A stretch of 64,000 nt of DNA, taken from the IMG/VR virus record IMGVR_UViG_3300048033_001096, positions 96,001 to 160,000 of that record, one strand, 5' to 3'. Origin of the DNA: a virus. The notes under the pieces are model-generated. The model saw only the letters and a program-made list of their open reading frames with translations. It made no database searches and had not been told where the DNA came from. A program made the position numbers and the translations under genes. Below are positions 1 through 8,787 of the stretch, one piece after another; position 1 is the stretch's first letter; each line of letters opens with the position of its first letter.

Positions 1-30
1 TGGTGGCGAACTCACATGAAGCTATTTTTG

Positions 31-207
31 AGATTAGATGGGACCGTAACAGGTTCCGTCTGACTGAAACAATCTACATGAAACTTAAACATTATGACAT
101 TCGTCATAATGCATCTTCATATAATATATCACTTCTATCACGCATAATTAAATACGAAGTAAGTAGTTTGAGCGTTAGCGATAACTAATATCTACGAAGT
201 AGATATT
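31..207 (+). other. Hairpin-rich non-coding segment (end of a structured RNA or an origin-like element; cut by the window edge)
   Basis: Stems 34-45/52-63 (12 bp, 3 G-U pairs), 90-98/103-111 (perfect 9 bp), 187-195/199-207 (perfect 9 bp, cGAAg loop). Confidence 0.45.
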
Positions 208-246
208 TAAAAGAATAAATAGTATAGTATAAATTAGGATTATAAA

Positions 247-1566
247 ATGAAGATATCTGATATTTTTGTAGAAACAAAAAAACTTATTATTGAATCTGTA
301 TTTGAGGTTGAAGGTGGAAGTATATTAAGCACTGGTAACCGAGCTTTGGGATATAATGTAGTAGATACTCGTTTACGTCCTAGTGATCCTAGATATATAA
401 TTAACACTTTTGACACTGCAACAGCAGCCGCAAACTATAGTGACGAAATTAATTTAGAGTTACAAAGAAATTCAAGATTTGATCCTCGTACTGCTAGGAC
501 TACTCCTCCTGGAGCAATTGCAACTACTGGAACTAAACCTCCACTTGAATGGGAAGATCTTAACGATGACCGAGGCAGACTACCGAGGCAATATCGTCTA
601 GCACTTCAGAACCCTGGCTATATTACTCACGGAGGGCACAGATATACTCGCCAAGAAATAGATGCGTTTAGTCAACTAGCAACAACTCGTCGTGCGCAAA
701 TGATGAGAGATGTTGAAGCAACTAGACCAAAACTTCTTAACATGGATGCTGAAGATGCAAAAAATCCTCGCGCCTGGGCAAATCGAAATGTTACATTTTT
801 GAATACATTAGGAGCTAGATCTCTTGCTATGTTCTTTCCTTGGAACTTTCGTCCTGGATTGCAACTAGCAGCATACGTATCTCTTAAAGAAATGCTTATT
901 CGTATGTATAATACTGAAATTACTGATAACACAACTCCAGCTGAAGCTCGAGAAAAAATACAAAGAGTATTTGGAATGTGGTTTGTTCTGTTTGTTGCTC
1001 CGGGATTACTTGCAACTATGACTATGGGTACTCGAGCAGCAATTGCTATATTTAGAACTATGATTAGATCTATAAACCTTGCATCAATGACTACACAACA
1101 AATAGCTAGTTTTGTAGGCGGACTACCTGGAGCAACAGTGATGTTAATTAAAAACGTAATTCAGTTTTTATTAGTTGAAGCATTACTATATACTGTTGCA
1201 AGAGCAATTTTAATGAGGCCTGAAGTTCAAGTGTTATTATTAAACGCAATGGGCAATCATTACGCAAGTAAATTAGGCGAATGGGGATTTGAAGGAGCCG
1301 AAACATTAAACACTTTTGTAACAGCACAACTTAATGCAGAAATAATTCCTACTCTAAACGCTACGTTTAGTGAAGTCGAACTTGAGGAAGTACACGGAGA
1401 CGCTATGACAAATTTGAAACTAGATCCAAATGATGCGCCAGTAGGACAACCTGAAGTAGATGACGGTAATGGTGGAACAACTCCTGAGGCTCAGCCACAG
1501 CGACAAACGCCTGACGGTCAGCCCGATCCAGATGCTAGAAGGCCTCTTAACATTGACGATCTTTAA
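247..1566 (+). CDS. Hypothetical virion protein, possibly an internal/ejected head protein with hydrophobic helices
   Basis: 439-aa ORF; late box ATAAATA at 215-221; N-terminus MKISDIFVE resembles T4 capsid-targeting leaders; hydrophobic stretches such as VFGMWFVLFVAPGLLA. Confidence 0.6.
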   Translation: MKISDIFVETKKLIIESVFEVEGGSILSTGNRALGYNVVDTRLRPSDPRYIINTFDTATAAANYSDEINLELQRNSRFDPRTARTTPPGAIATTGTKPPLEWEDLNDDRGRLPRQYRLALQNPGYITHGGHRYTRQEIDAFSQLATTRRAQMMRDVEATRPKLLNMDAEDAKNPRAWANRNVTFLNTLGARSLAMFFPWNFRPGLQLAAYVSLKEMLIRMYNTEITDNTTPAEAREKIQRVFGMWFVLFVAPGLLATMTMGTRAAIAIFRTMIRSINLASMTTQQIASFVGGLPGATVMLIKNVIQFLLVEALLYTVARAILMRPEVQVLLLNAMGNHYASKLGEWGFEGAETLNTFVTAQLNAEIIPTLNATFSEVELEEVHGDAMTNLKLDPNDAPVGQPEVDDGNGGTTPEAQPQRQTPDGQPDPDARRPLNIDDL

Positions 1567-1796
1567 ACCATTGGCATTTTAGTGTTCTTACTAACTTCGA
1601 TGTTTTCTTGAATAATTTTTCCTAGTATTTGTAAATCTTCAACATCAGTGTCAGTAAGTAAATCTTTTGAATCTACTCCTCCTCGCATGTACCAAGAAAG
1701 TTTATAGATTTCGTGTTTAATTTGTTTGATTTCGTTTTCGTAATCGTTTGATAGATCCTGTATTTCAGAATCCGAGAGTGGGATTAGTATTTCAAG
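1563..1796 (-). CDS. gp51-like baseplate/tail assembly chaperone segment in the -1 frame of the upstream gene (absent from the ORF track)
   Basis: 77 open codons LEILIPLSDSEIQDLSNDYENEIKQIKHEIYKLSWYMRGGVDSKDLLTDTDVEDLQILGKIIQENIEVSKNTKMPMV*; fills the gap between neighbouring genes; no start codon/SD for its N-terminal half; preceded by slippery T TTT TTC. Confidence 0.7.
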   Translation of the reverse strand, partial: LEILIPLSDSEIQDLSNDYENEIKQIKHEIYKLSWYMRGGVDSKDLLTDTDVEDLQILGKIIQENIEVSKNTKMPMV

Positions 1797-2623
1797 AAAA
1801 AACTCGAAAAATCCAAATTAGCTTTAATTTTGTTAGTAGCTTGACATTCACTACAAACTACTTCTGTAATCGGCGGTTCGAGTGCAGCAGTGTTTTTTGC
1901 ATAAACTTTTTGTATTTCATTAAAGTATACACCGTCATTATTTAAAATAAAATCGTTTATAAATTCTGAATTATTTTCAATGTCTCCGTCAGGTGTTGTT
2001 ACATCAACAACTACTTGACAAATTATAGATTTTGTTTGAGTATTAATTTGTTCGTAAAGTACATCCATAGCCTTATCTTTATCATCTTGAGACATATCTT
2101 TATTTTGTGTAATTTGCATAAGCTCTCTGCGAACTTTCATAGACACTTGCTGATTTTGTATAATTTCTTTGTATGTCAAAGGTCTAAGTCTAAACACAAA
2201 GTCATCAACACTAACATCAAAAGATAATTTTGTTTTCATAAAATGATCTAAGATTGATTGTACAGGTAATCCGTAAGTATCATCGTGAGTACAACTTGTA
2301 CATTTTGTACTCATAGTTATATTTTCACCGTATGTGGCAAGACGTATTGCAGCCATAACATATTCAAAATCGACACTAGCTAGTTTCCATGCATTTTTAA
2401 TTGCTGGAACACAACTTTCGATAACTTTTACAGTTGCATTACCTGTAATTAATGCATCAGGTGTTTTTGCAAGTATTTCGTTACTAGCAGTCATACTATA
2501 GACTTCTAGTTCTTCAAACTTTTCGACTATGTTATCATTGTACCAAACACCTTTGCTGGGTAAATCGATATATAATTTTGGTTGCCGTTTATATTTTTGT
2601 AACGGACTTGTTAAGTTTTCCAT
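1784..2623 (-). CDS. Baseplate hub assembly protein, T4 gp26-like
   Basis: 279 aa; RQPKLYIDLPSKG N-terminal motif; two CxxC pairs (CTSC, CSEC); next to the tape-measure-like gene; late box at 2659-2666. Confidence 0.7.
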   Translation of the reverse strand: MENLTSPLQKYKRQPKLYIDLPSKGVWYNDNIVEKFEELEVYSMTASNEILAKTPDALITGNATVKVIESCVPAIKNAWKLASVDFEYVMAAIRLATYGENITMSTKCTSCTHDDTYGLPVQSILDHFMKTKLSFDVSVDDFVFRLRPLTYKEIIQNQQVSMKVRRELMQITQNKDMSQDDKDKAMDVLYEQINTQTKSIICQVVVDVTTPDGDIENNSEFINDFILNNDGVYFNEIQKVYAKNTAALEPPITEVVCSECQATNKIKANLDFSSFFLKY

Positions 2624-2638
2624 GTATATAACCCTTAG

Positions 2639-2666
2639 GATAAATATATTGTACGTAATATTTATA
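2639..2666. promoter_or_regulatory. Face-to-face pair of T4-late-type promoter boxes
   Basis: GATAAATA on + (2639-2646) and TATAAATA on - (2659-2666) between divergent genes. Confidence 0.65.
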
Positions 2667-2692
2667 GTTTTAAACTTTAACGGAGATTTAAT

Positions 2693-4906
2693 TTGGCTGG
2701 AACAGATCGCGAGAATAATACAGACTCAGTAAACCGAAATACCGAGTCCTTTAATCGCCTTAATGGTGCAATTAATGGTCTTGGTTCGATTCTTGGTAAT
2801 GTTATACAGGGTGCGCCCCAACGTCTTGCTCCGTTAATTGATACTAAAGTTATTCCTGGTCTTGAGCATTTGTCAAAAATGATGGCATTTGCTGAAGGAT
2901 ATGTTGGTGTATGGCAAGATCTTACACGCGGCGGCATCCATTTTAATAATCAGTTAGATGAAATGATTATTCAAGTTGGTAAAACTAACTTGACTATGGA
3001 ACAATTTACTAGAATAATTGGAGATAATCAAAGAGAAATAGCCGGAATGGGCGGTACTGCTCAACGAGGCGTTAATGCTTTTATTCAAGCGCAGCAGGCT
3101 TTCATGCAAGAAACTGCCGATGGGTTTAATCCAGCAAGAGTAGAACTTGAAAGATTAGGCTTTAATGCAGAAACACTTGGCGAAACTTTTGCATCTTTTG
3201 ATGCCTTGGCAACTATACAAGGTATTAGAGGGAGAATGGATGCAAATCAGCGTAATCAAGCTGCTGCTAATTATGCAAAGACGTTAGACGAATTAGCAAG
3301 ACTTACTGGCAAGCAAGTTGATGCATTAGCTGAAGAACAGGCTGAAATTTCAAGACAAGGTAATGTGTTTGCATTTGGACAAACATTGCAAGACCATGTC
3401 CGAGATGAATTAGATAACGGACTACTTGCTTTATCACAAGTATCGCCTACTGTAAGAGATTTTGCTATAGATGTGCTTACAAGAGGATTTCCAAACATGA
3501 ATGATCCTGAAATGCGAGCACTAAACGCAGCAGCTCCTGGACTAAGAGATGCACTAATGGAAGCTCGTCAGGCATTCCTTGCTGGCGACGAAGGTAGAGC
3601 AAAGATACTAATGGATAATGCATTAGCACAATCGACTCAATTACGAAACAATCAATTCTTAATTAATCAAGCAATGCTTGGTTCTGCAACTGATATATCA
3701 AACGGCGCTATGAATATTATGACCGAGTTGGGTAGCGGTATGGCGTTAAGTGGTGATGCAATTGCAGCCGAAGCCGAACGTGTTGCACGATTAAATGGAG
3801 ACGTTTATACAGGGTCAGCTGATCAAATTCGAGCAGGTATTAATTCGTTAGTACAAACTGAAAGAGAGAATCAGACTTCAGGAACAGGTTCTCAAGTAAT
3901 TTTAGATCAATATTTAGAAGGATTAAGAAAAGTTCAATCGGCAGCGATGAATGCACAAGAAGCTGTTGTGCGAGGAATATTTGTACAAGTTACTGCTGCC
4001 GCAGCAGAATTTATTAGTTACATAAACGGACAAGGTAATTTAGTACAAACCTTACTTGAAAATATTGAAGGACCAATAGGTGATTTTGCTAGAGCATGGA
4101 ACGAAACTTCAAGCCAAACATCAGCTTTGTTAAGTGCAGCAACATCATTAGAAAATAGATCTACACTAGTTGAAGCTCGACTAGCAGATCAGCCTTCTGA
4201 TGTTGTAGATCCAAACGACATAGCTACACTTGCTGATGCAAGGCAAAAACTAGCTGAGTTAATGACAGAAGTTTCTAGAAATCCAGGCAATGCTGATTTG
4301 CAAAACGAACTATCTATGCTGATGAATAATATAAACACAGCATTAGTAGCATCAGGAGTAAATCCTCAAGCAACTGGAACACAACCCCCATTGACTCCCG
4401 ACCAGGCGGCTGCGTTTGCTCGGGCGATGGATGCTATGCCTACTTTTTCATTAGGCACAATGGGCACTGCTGGTAGATTATTTGAAAACTTTGGAAGAGA
4501 ATCACTGGCTGCATTACACGGCCTTGAAGCAGTAACTACACCCGAACAAATGGCTGCTATTGTACAGCAATCGGCACTAGGCGGAATGAGAGCGCAAGCT
4601 GAAGCATTATTATCAAGTGGATTCACAAACAATACATCTCAGTTAGACGGAATGTTAAATACAGTAAGAAAAATTCCTTCAGAAATATCGCAAACAGTTG
4701 CTAACAATAACGAAGGTGAAGATATTAACGCATTAATAAACACAGCTATGTCAAATATGAGAGAAAATTTTGAAACTGCAATGACTAACACTTTAGTACC
4801 TAAATTAGAAGAACTAGTAGCAGTAAATACACAGTCAAATAACTATTCAGAAAAAATTAGACGTGGCATTGGAAATTTGTCAGGCGATATGCTAAGGAGC
4901 ACTTAA
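2693..4906 (+). CDS. Tape-measure/baseplate hub protein (gp29-like)
   Basis: 737 aa, TTG start after GGAG; Ala/Gln-rich helical composition; C-terminal FSLGT..FENFG..LHGLEAV motif typical of tape measures. Confidence 0.6.
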   Translation: MAGTDRENNTDSVNRNTESFNRLNGAINGLGSILGNVIQGAPQRLAPLIDTKVIPGLEHLSKMMAFAEGYVGVWQDLTRGGIHFNNQLDEMIIQVGKTNLTMEQFTRIIGDNQREIAGMGGTAQRGVNAFIQAQQAFMQETADGFNPARVELERLGFNAETLGETFASFDALATIQGIRGRMDANQRNQAAANYAKTLDELARLTGKQVDALAEEQAEISRQGNVFAFGQTLQDHVRDELDNGLLALSQVSPTVRDFAIDVLTRGFPNMNDPEMRALNAAAPGLRDALMEARQAFLAGDEGRAKILMDNALAQSTQLRNNQFLINQAMLGSATDISNGAMNIMTELGSGMALSGDAIAAEAERVARLNGDVYTGSADQIRAGINSLVQTERENQTSGTGSQVILDQYLEGLRKVQSAAMNAQEAVVRGIFVQVTAAAAEFISYINGQGNLVQTLLENIEGPIGDFARAWNETSSQTSALLSAATSLENRSTLVEARLADQPSDVVDPNDIATLADARQKLAELMTEVSRNPGNADLQNELSMLMNNINTALVASGVNPQATGTQPPLTPDQAAAFARAMDAMPTFSLGTMGTAGRLFENFGRESLAALHGLEAVTTPEQMAAIVQQSALGGMRAQAEALLSSGFTNNTSQLDGMLNTVRKIPSEISQTVANNNEGEDINALINTAMSNMRENFETAMTNTLVPKLEELVAVNTQSNNYSEKIRRGIGNLSGDMLRST

Positions 4907-4907
4907 A

Positions 4908-6665
4908 TTGAGTTGGAAAAAATATTTTACACCAGTGAGTTCTGAAAACTCAGTTAACGGAACATATGGTCCAATAAATGGATCTGCTGCCGGTGCTCGC
5001 CCAGGACCTGCTAGGTCAAACTATTCAAGTTACTTACCAGATGTTTATGTAGGTAGTCCAAACCGTGTTGAGCGTTACGGCCAATACAATACAATGGATC
5101 AAGATTCAGAAGTAAATGCTGCATTAGATATTCTTGCAGAATTTTGTACACAAAAGAATGACGAAAACGGCACAAACTTTAAATTTAATTTTTTTAAAAA
5201 AGCTACAAATACAGAAGTAACTATATTAGGTCAATACTTAAAGCAATGGTGCAAAACACAGAAGTTTGAAACACGAATGTTTCGTATTTTTAGAAATGTA
5301 TTCAAATACGGAGACGCAATTTTTGTAAGAGACCCAGAAACTAAAAAATTATATCATGTTGATCCTGCAAAACTTAAACGTATTATTGTAAACGAAAGTG
5401 AAGGCAAGCAACCTGAGCAATATATTATACAAGATTTTAATTTAAATTTTAGAGAAATGGTTGCAACTACTCCGTTTCAGACTACTGGAAATATTACTGG
5501 CGGCGGAAATCCTAATACTGGATATTTTACTGGCAGCGGCAGAGGAATGGTAGGACAACCAAATCAGGGTCTTAATGGATCAAGATTTAATGTTGAAGAA
5601 GGTGAAGTAGCAATCAATGCAGAACATGTTGTACACCTAAGTTTAAGTGAGGGATTAGATCAAAACTATCCATTTGGACAAAGTTTGTTAGAATCAATCT
5701 TTAAAGTATACAAACAAAAAGAATTACTTGAAGATGCTATTATCATCTATCGAGTACAACGAGCGCCAGAGCGCAGAGTATTCTACGTTGATGTGGGTAA
5801 CATGCCAAGTCACTTGGCTATGCAATTTGTAGAACGTGTTAAGACGGAAATACATCAAAGACGTATCCCATCGTCAACAGGTGGAGGCCAAAATGTTATA
5901 GACAGCTCTTACAATCCTCTGTCAATCAACGAAGACTACTTCTTTCCACAAACTGCTGAAGGTAGAGGATCAAAAGTTGAAACACTACCAGGCGGTACTA
6001 ACTTAGGTGAAATTGACGACTTAAGATACTTTACAAATAAACTTGTGCGTGGCTTACGTATTCCAAGTTCGTACCTACCAACTGGAGCAGATGATGGTGC
6101 TTCTTCATTCCAAGATGGACGAGTTGGTACTGCTTACATTCAAGAACTGAGATTTAATAACTACTGCGAAAGACTACAAGGATTAATTACAGAAGAATTT
6201 AATCAAGATTTTAAACGGTATTTGTTAGAAAATGGAGTAAATATTGACACAGCGATGTTTGATTTAGAATTTCAAGCACCTCAAAACTTTGCTGCTTATA
6301 GACAATCGGAACTAGACAACGCTCGTGTGCCAACATTTACACAAATGAGTGCTATTCCGTATATGTCAAATCGTTTTGCACTAAAACGTTTCTTAGGAAT
6401 GAGTGCAGAAGAAATTGCAGAAAACGAACGTATGTGGCGTGAAGAAAATGACGAAACTCTAGAACAGCCTGATACAGATAGTTCAGGTGAAATGAGAACA
6501 GCTGGAATTAGCAGTTCCGGAATTGGTGCAGATCTTGGAGGTATTGAAGATGTTGCAGACGACGGTCCTGCTCCAGAAGACGGAGGCGAAGGCGCACCTC
6601 CAGAAACAGCAACTGACGCAACCTTAGGTGCAACTCCTCCTCCGGCGAACGATCAGACAATATAA
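4908..6665 (+). CDS. Portal vertex protein (T4 gp20-like)
   Basis: LLEDAIIIYRVQRAPERRVFYVDVGNMP, EDYFFP and TLPGGTNLGEIDDLRYF are gp20 signatures; TTG start after AGGAG. Confidence 0.95.
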   Translation: MSWKKYFTPVSSENSVNGTYGPINGSAAGARPGPARSNYSSYLPDVYVGSPNRVERYGQYNTMDQDSEVNAALDILAEFCTQKNDENGTNFKFNFFKKATNTEVTILGQYLKQWCKTQKFETRMFRIFRNVFKYGDAIFVRDPETKKLYHVDPAKLKRIIVNESEGKQPEQYIIQDFNLNFREMVATTPFQTTGNITGGGNPNTGYFTGSGRGMVGQPNQGLNGSRFNVEEGEVAINAEHVVHLSLSEGLDQNYPFGQSLLESIFKVYKQKELLEDAIIIYRVQRAPERRVFYVDVGNMPSHLAMQFVERVKTEIHQRRIPSSTGGGQNVIDSSYNPLSINEDYFFPQTAEGRGSKVETLPGGTNLGEIDDLRYFTNKLVRGLRIPSSYLPTGADDGASSFQDGRVGTAYIQELRFNNYCERLQGLITEEFNQDFKRYLLENGVNIDTAMFDLEFQAPQNFAAYRQSELDNARVPTFTQMSAIPYMSNRFALKRFLGMSAEEIAENERMWREENDETLEQPDTDSSGEMRTAGISSSGIGADLGGIEDVADDGPAPEDGGEGAPPETATDATLGATPPPANDQTI

Positions 6666-6667
6666 GA

Positions 6668-6675
6668 TATAAATA
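6668..6675 (+). promoter_or_regulatory. T4-late-type promoter, leaderless transcript
   Basis: TATAAATA, 5 nt, then the ATG at 6681; no SD. Confidence 0.65.
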
Positions 6676-6680
6676 ATACT

Positions 6681-6926
6681 ATGATACTTAGAGAACTTTT
6701 TTATTACGACAAAGAAACGCTTGATCCTACAGAAGATCAAAGCTACGAGCCCCAGTACGATGACTCGATAATAAAGAGTTCGGATACAAGAAAAACAAGA
6801 TTAACTTTACGCCAAATTAATAGAGCACGTAAAGCATCTGATGTACATACTAAAGAACAATCTAAAGAATTAGATTTTGTTCGTCAAATGTACGGAATAG
6901 CAGCACAAGCTGCGGCTGCTATATGA
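6681..6926 (+). CDS. Small hypothetical head-module protein
   Basis: 81-aa ORF between portal and scaffold; own late box. Confidence 0.7.
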   Translation: MILRELFYYDKETLDPTEDQSYEPQYDDSIIKSSDTRKTRLTLRQINRARKASDVHTKEQSKELDFVRQMYGIAAQAAAAI

Positions 6927-6938
6927 TGATCTTAAATA

Positions 6939-7649
6939 ATGGCAAAATTAGATAAATCAAAGTATTCTAAAAAACAAATTCAAACATTATTAGCAGAACG
7001 TAGAAGACAAAAAGAATCTGTTAATATTATTCCTAAAAAAATAAACGAACATACAAACAAAAGCTATGCATTTGTTCTTGGAAACGGAACATCGCGAAAA
7101 GGTATAGATCCTGCATTTTTACAATCTATAGGAAAAGTATACGGTTGTAATGCACTTTATAGAGAGTTTGATCCTGACTACCTAATTGCTGTTGATGCAA
7201 AAATGATACTAGAACTAGATAGAAAAGATTATATTAGCAAGCATAGAAATGTATGGACAAATCCAAATAAAGCATATAAAAACATAATAGGTTTGAATTA
7301 TTTTAAACCTAGTAAAGGTTGGAGTAGTGGACCCACAGCATTACACCTAGCAAGTCAACATGAGAATAAAAATATTTTTATTTTAGGCTTTGACTATAAA
7401 GGTTTAGAAAACGGCAAACGTGTTAATAACATGTATGCTGGAACACCAAACTACAAAAAAACTACTGACTCTGCAACTTACTATGGAAATTGGCTTAAAC
7501 AAACACAACGAGTAATAAAAGAAAACGCACATATAAACTATTATAGAGTTATACAGCCAGAAAATTTCAAACCGCCGGAACTAAATAGTATTAGTAATTT
7601 ACGCACAATTACTATCATAGAATTCCAAAAAATGTTTGGAATTTCCTAG
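6939..7649 (+). CDS. DUF115/Maf/MptE-like fold protein, putative glycosyltransferase
   Basis: AFVLGNGTSR, YGCNALYR..PDYLIAVD, SSGPTALHLA and IFILGFDY motifs. Confidence 0.55.
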   Translation: MAKLDKSKYSKKQIQTLLAERRRQKESVNIIPKKINEHTNKSYAFVLGNGTSRKGIDPAFLQSIGKVYGCNALYREFDPDYLIAVDAKMILELDRKDYISKHRNVWTNPNKAYKNIIGLNYFKPSKGWSSGPTALHLASQHENKNIFILGFDYKGLENGKRVNNMYAGTPNYKKTTDSATYYGNWLKQTQRVIKENAHINYYRVIQPENFKPPELNSISNLRTITIIEFQKMFGIS

Positions 7650-7706
7650 CATTTTTAGTAAATGGTCCGTTTTGGGCCTATTTCTACGTATATTTCTCTC
7701 TAATGG

Positions 7707-7745
7707 TTAAATACAAATGACAGCCTTACCATAGGTAAAACATTT
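7707..7745 (+). promoter_or_regulatory. Late promoter and 5' leader hairpin of the head operon
   Basis: TTAAATA 7707-7713; AAATG/CATTT (7715-19/7741-45) enclosing TTACC-ATA-GGTAA, ending just before SD AGGAG. Confidence 0.5.
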
Positions 7746-7758
7746 ATAGGAGAAAATA

Positions 7759-8757
7759 ATGGCAGATTTAAAGAAATTTGAAGAAATGCTTGAAAAACTT
7801 GTTAATGAAGATAAAGCAGGTGCAGAAGAGCTTTTCCATGAAATCGTAGTTGAAAAATCACGCGAAATTTATGAAGGACTACTTGAGTCAGAATTAGACG
7901 ACGAAGTAGATGAAGCTACTGATGAAGAAGTAGATGAGTCAGACGACGAAGAAGTAGATGAAGCTACTGATGAAGAAGTAGATGAGTCAGACGACGACTT
8001 AGAAGAAGGTTTTGACCTAGACGAATTTGAAGTCGAAGCAGATCCAATGGACATGGCTATGGGCGGAGACGCAGGCGATGACATGATGGGTGACATTGAA
8101 ATGCCAGCTGACGGTGAAGAAGGCGACATGGATATGGGCGACGAAGAAGGCGACATTGAAGACCGTGTAATGGATCTAGAAGATGCTTTAGAAGATTTAA
8201 AAGCAGAATTTGATTCAATGATGGGCGATGACGACGACGAAGCACCTGCAGACGACGATGCTGAAATGGACATGGATGTAGATATGGACATGGATAGCGA
8301 AGAAGAGCCAGAAGAAGAAGCAATGGCTTTTGAATCAGACGACGAAGAAGTTGACGAAGCAGAAGAAGAAGCTGACGAGTCAGAAAAAAGCGCAGGCGAA
8401 ACAATGCGCGAATATGTCGAAAAAGTAACAGCATCGATGGGCGACACAGGTACTAACGGTACTAAATCGGCAGTTGCTGGTAAAAATGACATGGGTGGAA
8501 CTGCAGGAAATATTGCACAAGCTAATACAGGTGAAACAGCCGAGGCTGGCAAAGGCGGAACAGTAAAAGGTAACGCACTAAACAGTCAAACAGCTAAAGA
8601 AGACAATGCAGGTAACATCAATGTTCCAGGCGGAAAAGCGGCAAAGGCAGGCAAGAATGAGCCAGCTGGTCATGGCGCTGAGAAAAAAGGAAAGCCTGAG
8701 ACTGCTGACAAAGGTGCAGGGAGTATGCTAAACGGCGCTCCAAAACGTGCTAAATAA
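7759..8757 (+). CDS. Acidic prohead core/scaffolding protein
   Basis: 332 aa, very Asp/Glu-rich, many (L/V)xE motifs; directly upstream of the prohead protease. Confidence 0.75.
   Translation: MADLKKFEEMLEKLVNEDKAGAEELFHEIVVEKSREIYEGLLESELDDEVDEATDEEVDESDDEEVDEATDEEVDESDDDLEEGFDLDEFEVEADPMDMAMGGDAGDDMMGDIEMPADGEEGDMDMGDEEGDIEDRVMDLEDALEDLKAEFDSMMGDDDDEAPADDDAEMDMDVDMDMDSEEEPEEEAMAFESDDEEVDEAEEEADESEKSAGETMREYVEKVTASMGDTGTNGTKSAVAGKNDMGGTAGNIAQANTGETAEAGKGGTVKGNALNSQTAKEDNAGNINVPGGKAAKAGKNEPAGHGAEKKGKPETADKGAGSMLNGAPKRAK
7903..7998 (+). repeat. Tandem 48-bp duplication (EVDEATDEEVDESDDE x2)
   Basis: 7903-7950 vs 7951-7998, identical at 47/48 nt. Confidence 0.9.
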
Positions 8758-8787
8758 TAGTATAGCAGTATAATAGAGGAAGTTTGA

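Noticed and set aside
3-188. 61-aa ORF at the window start
   Set aside because: No visible SD, no recognisable motif, and it lies over a hairpin cluster; probably non-coding
7869-8552. Long antisense ORFs (e.g. 7869-8552, 22606-23511, 45536-45952)
   Set aside because: Shadow frames caused by codon and repeat bias of the real genes; no SD or promoter
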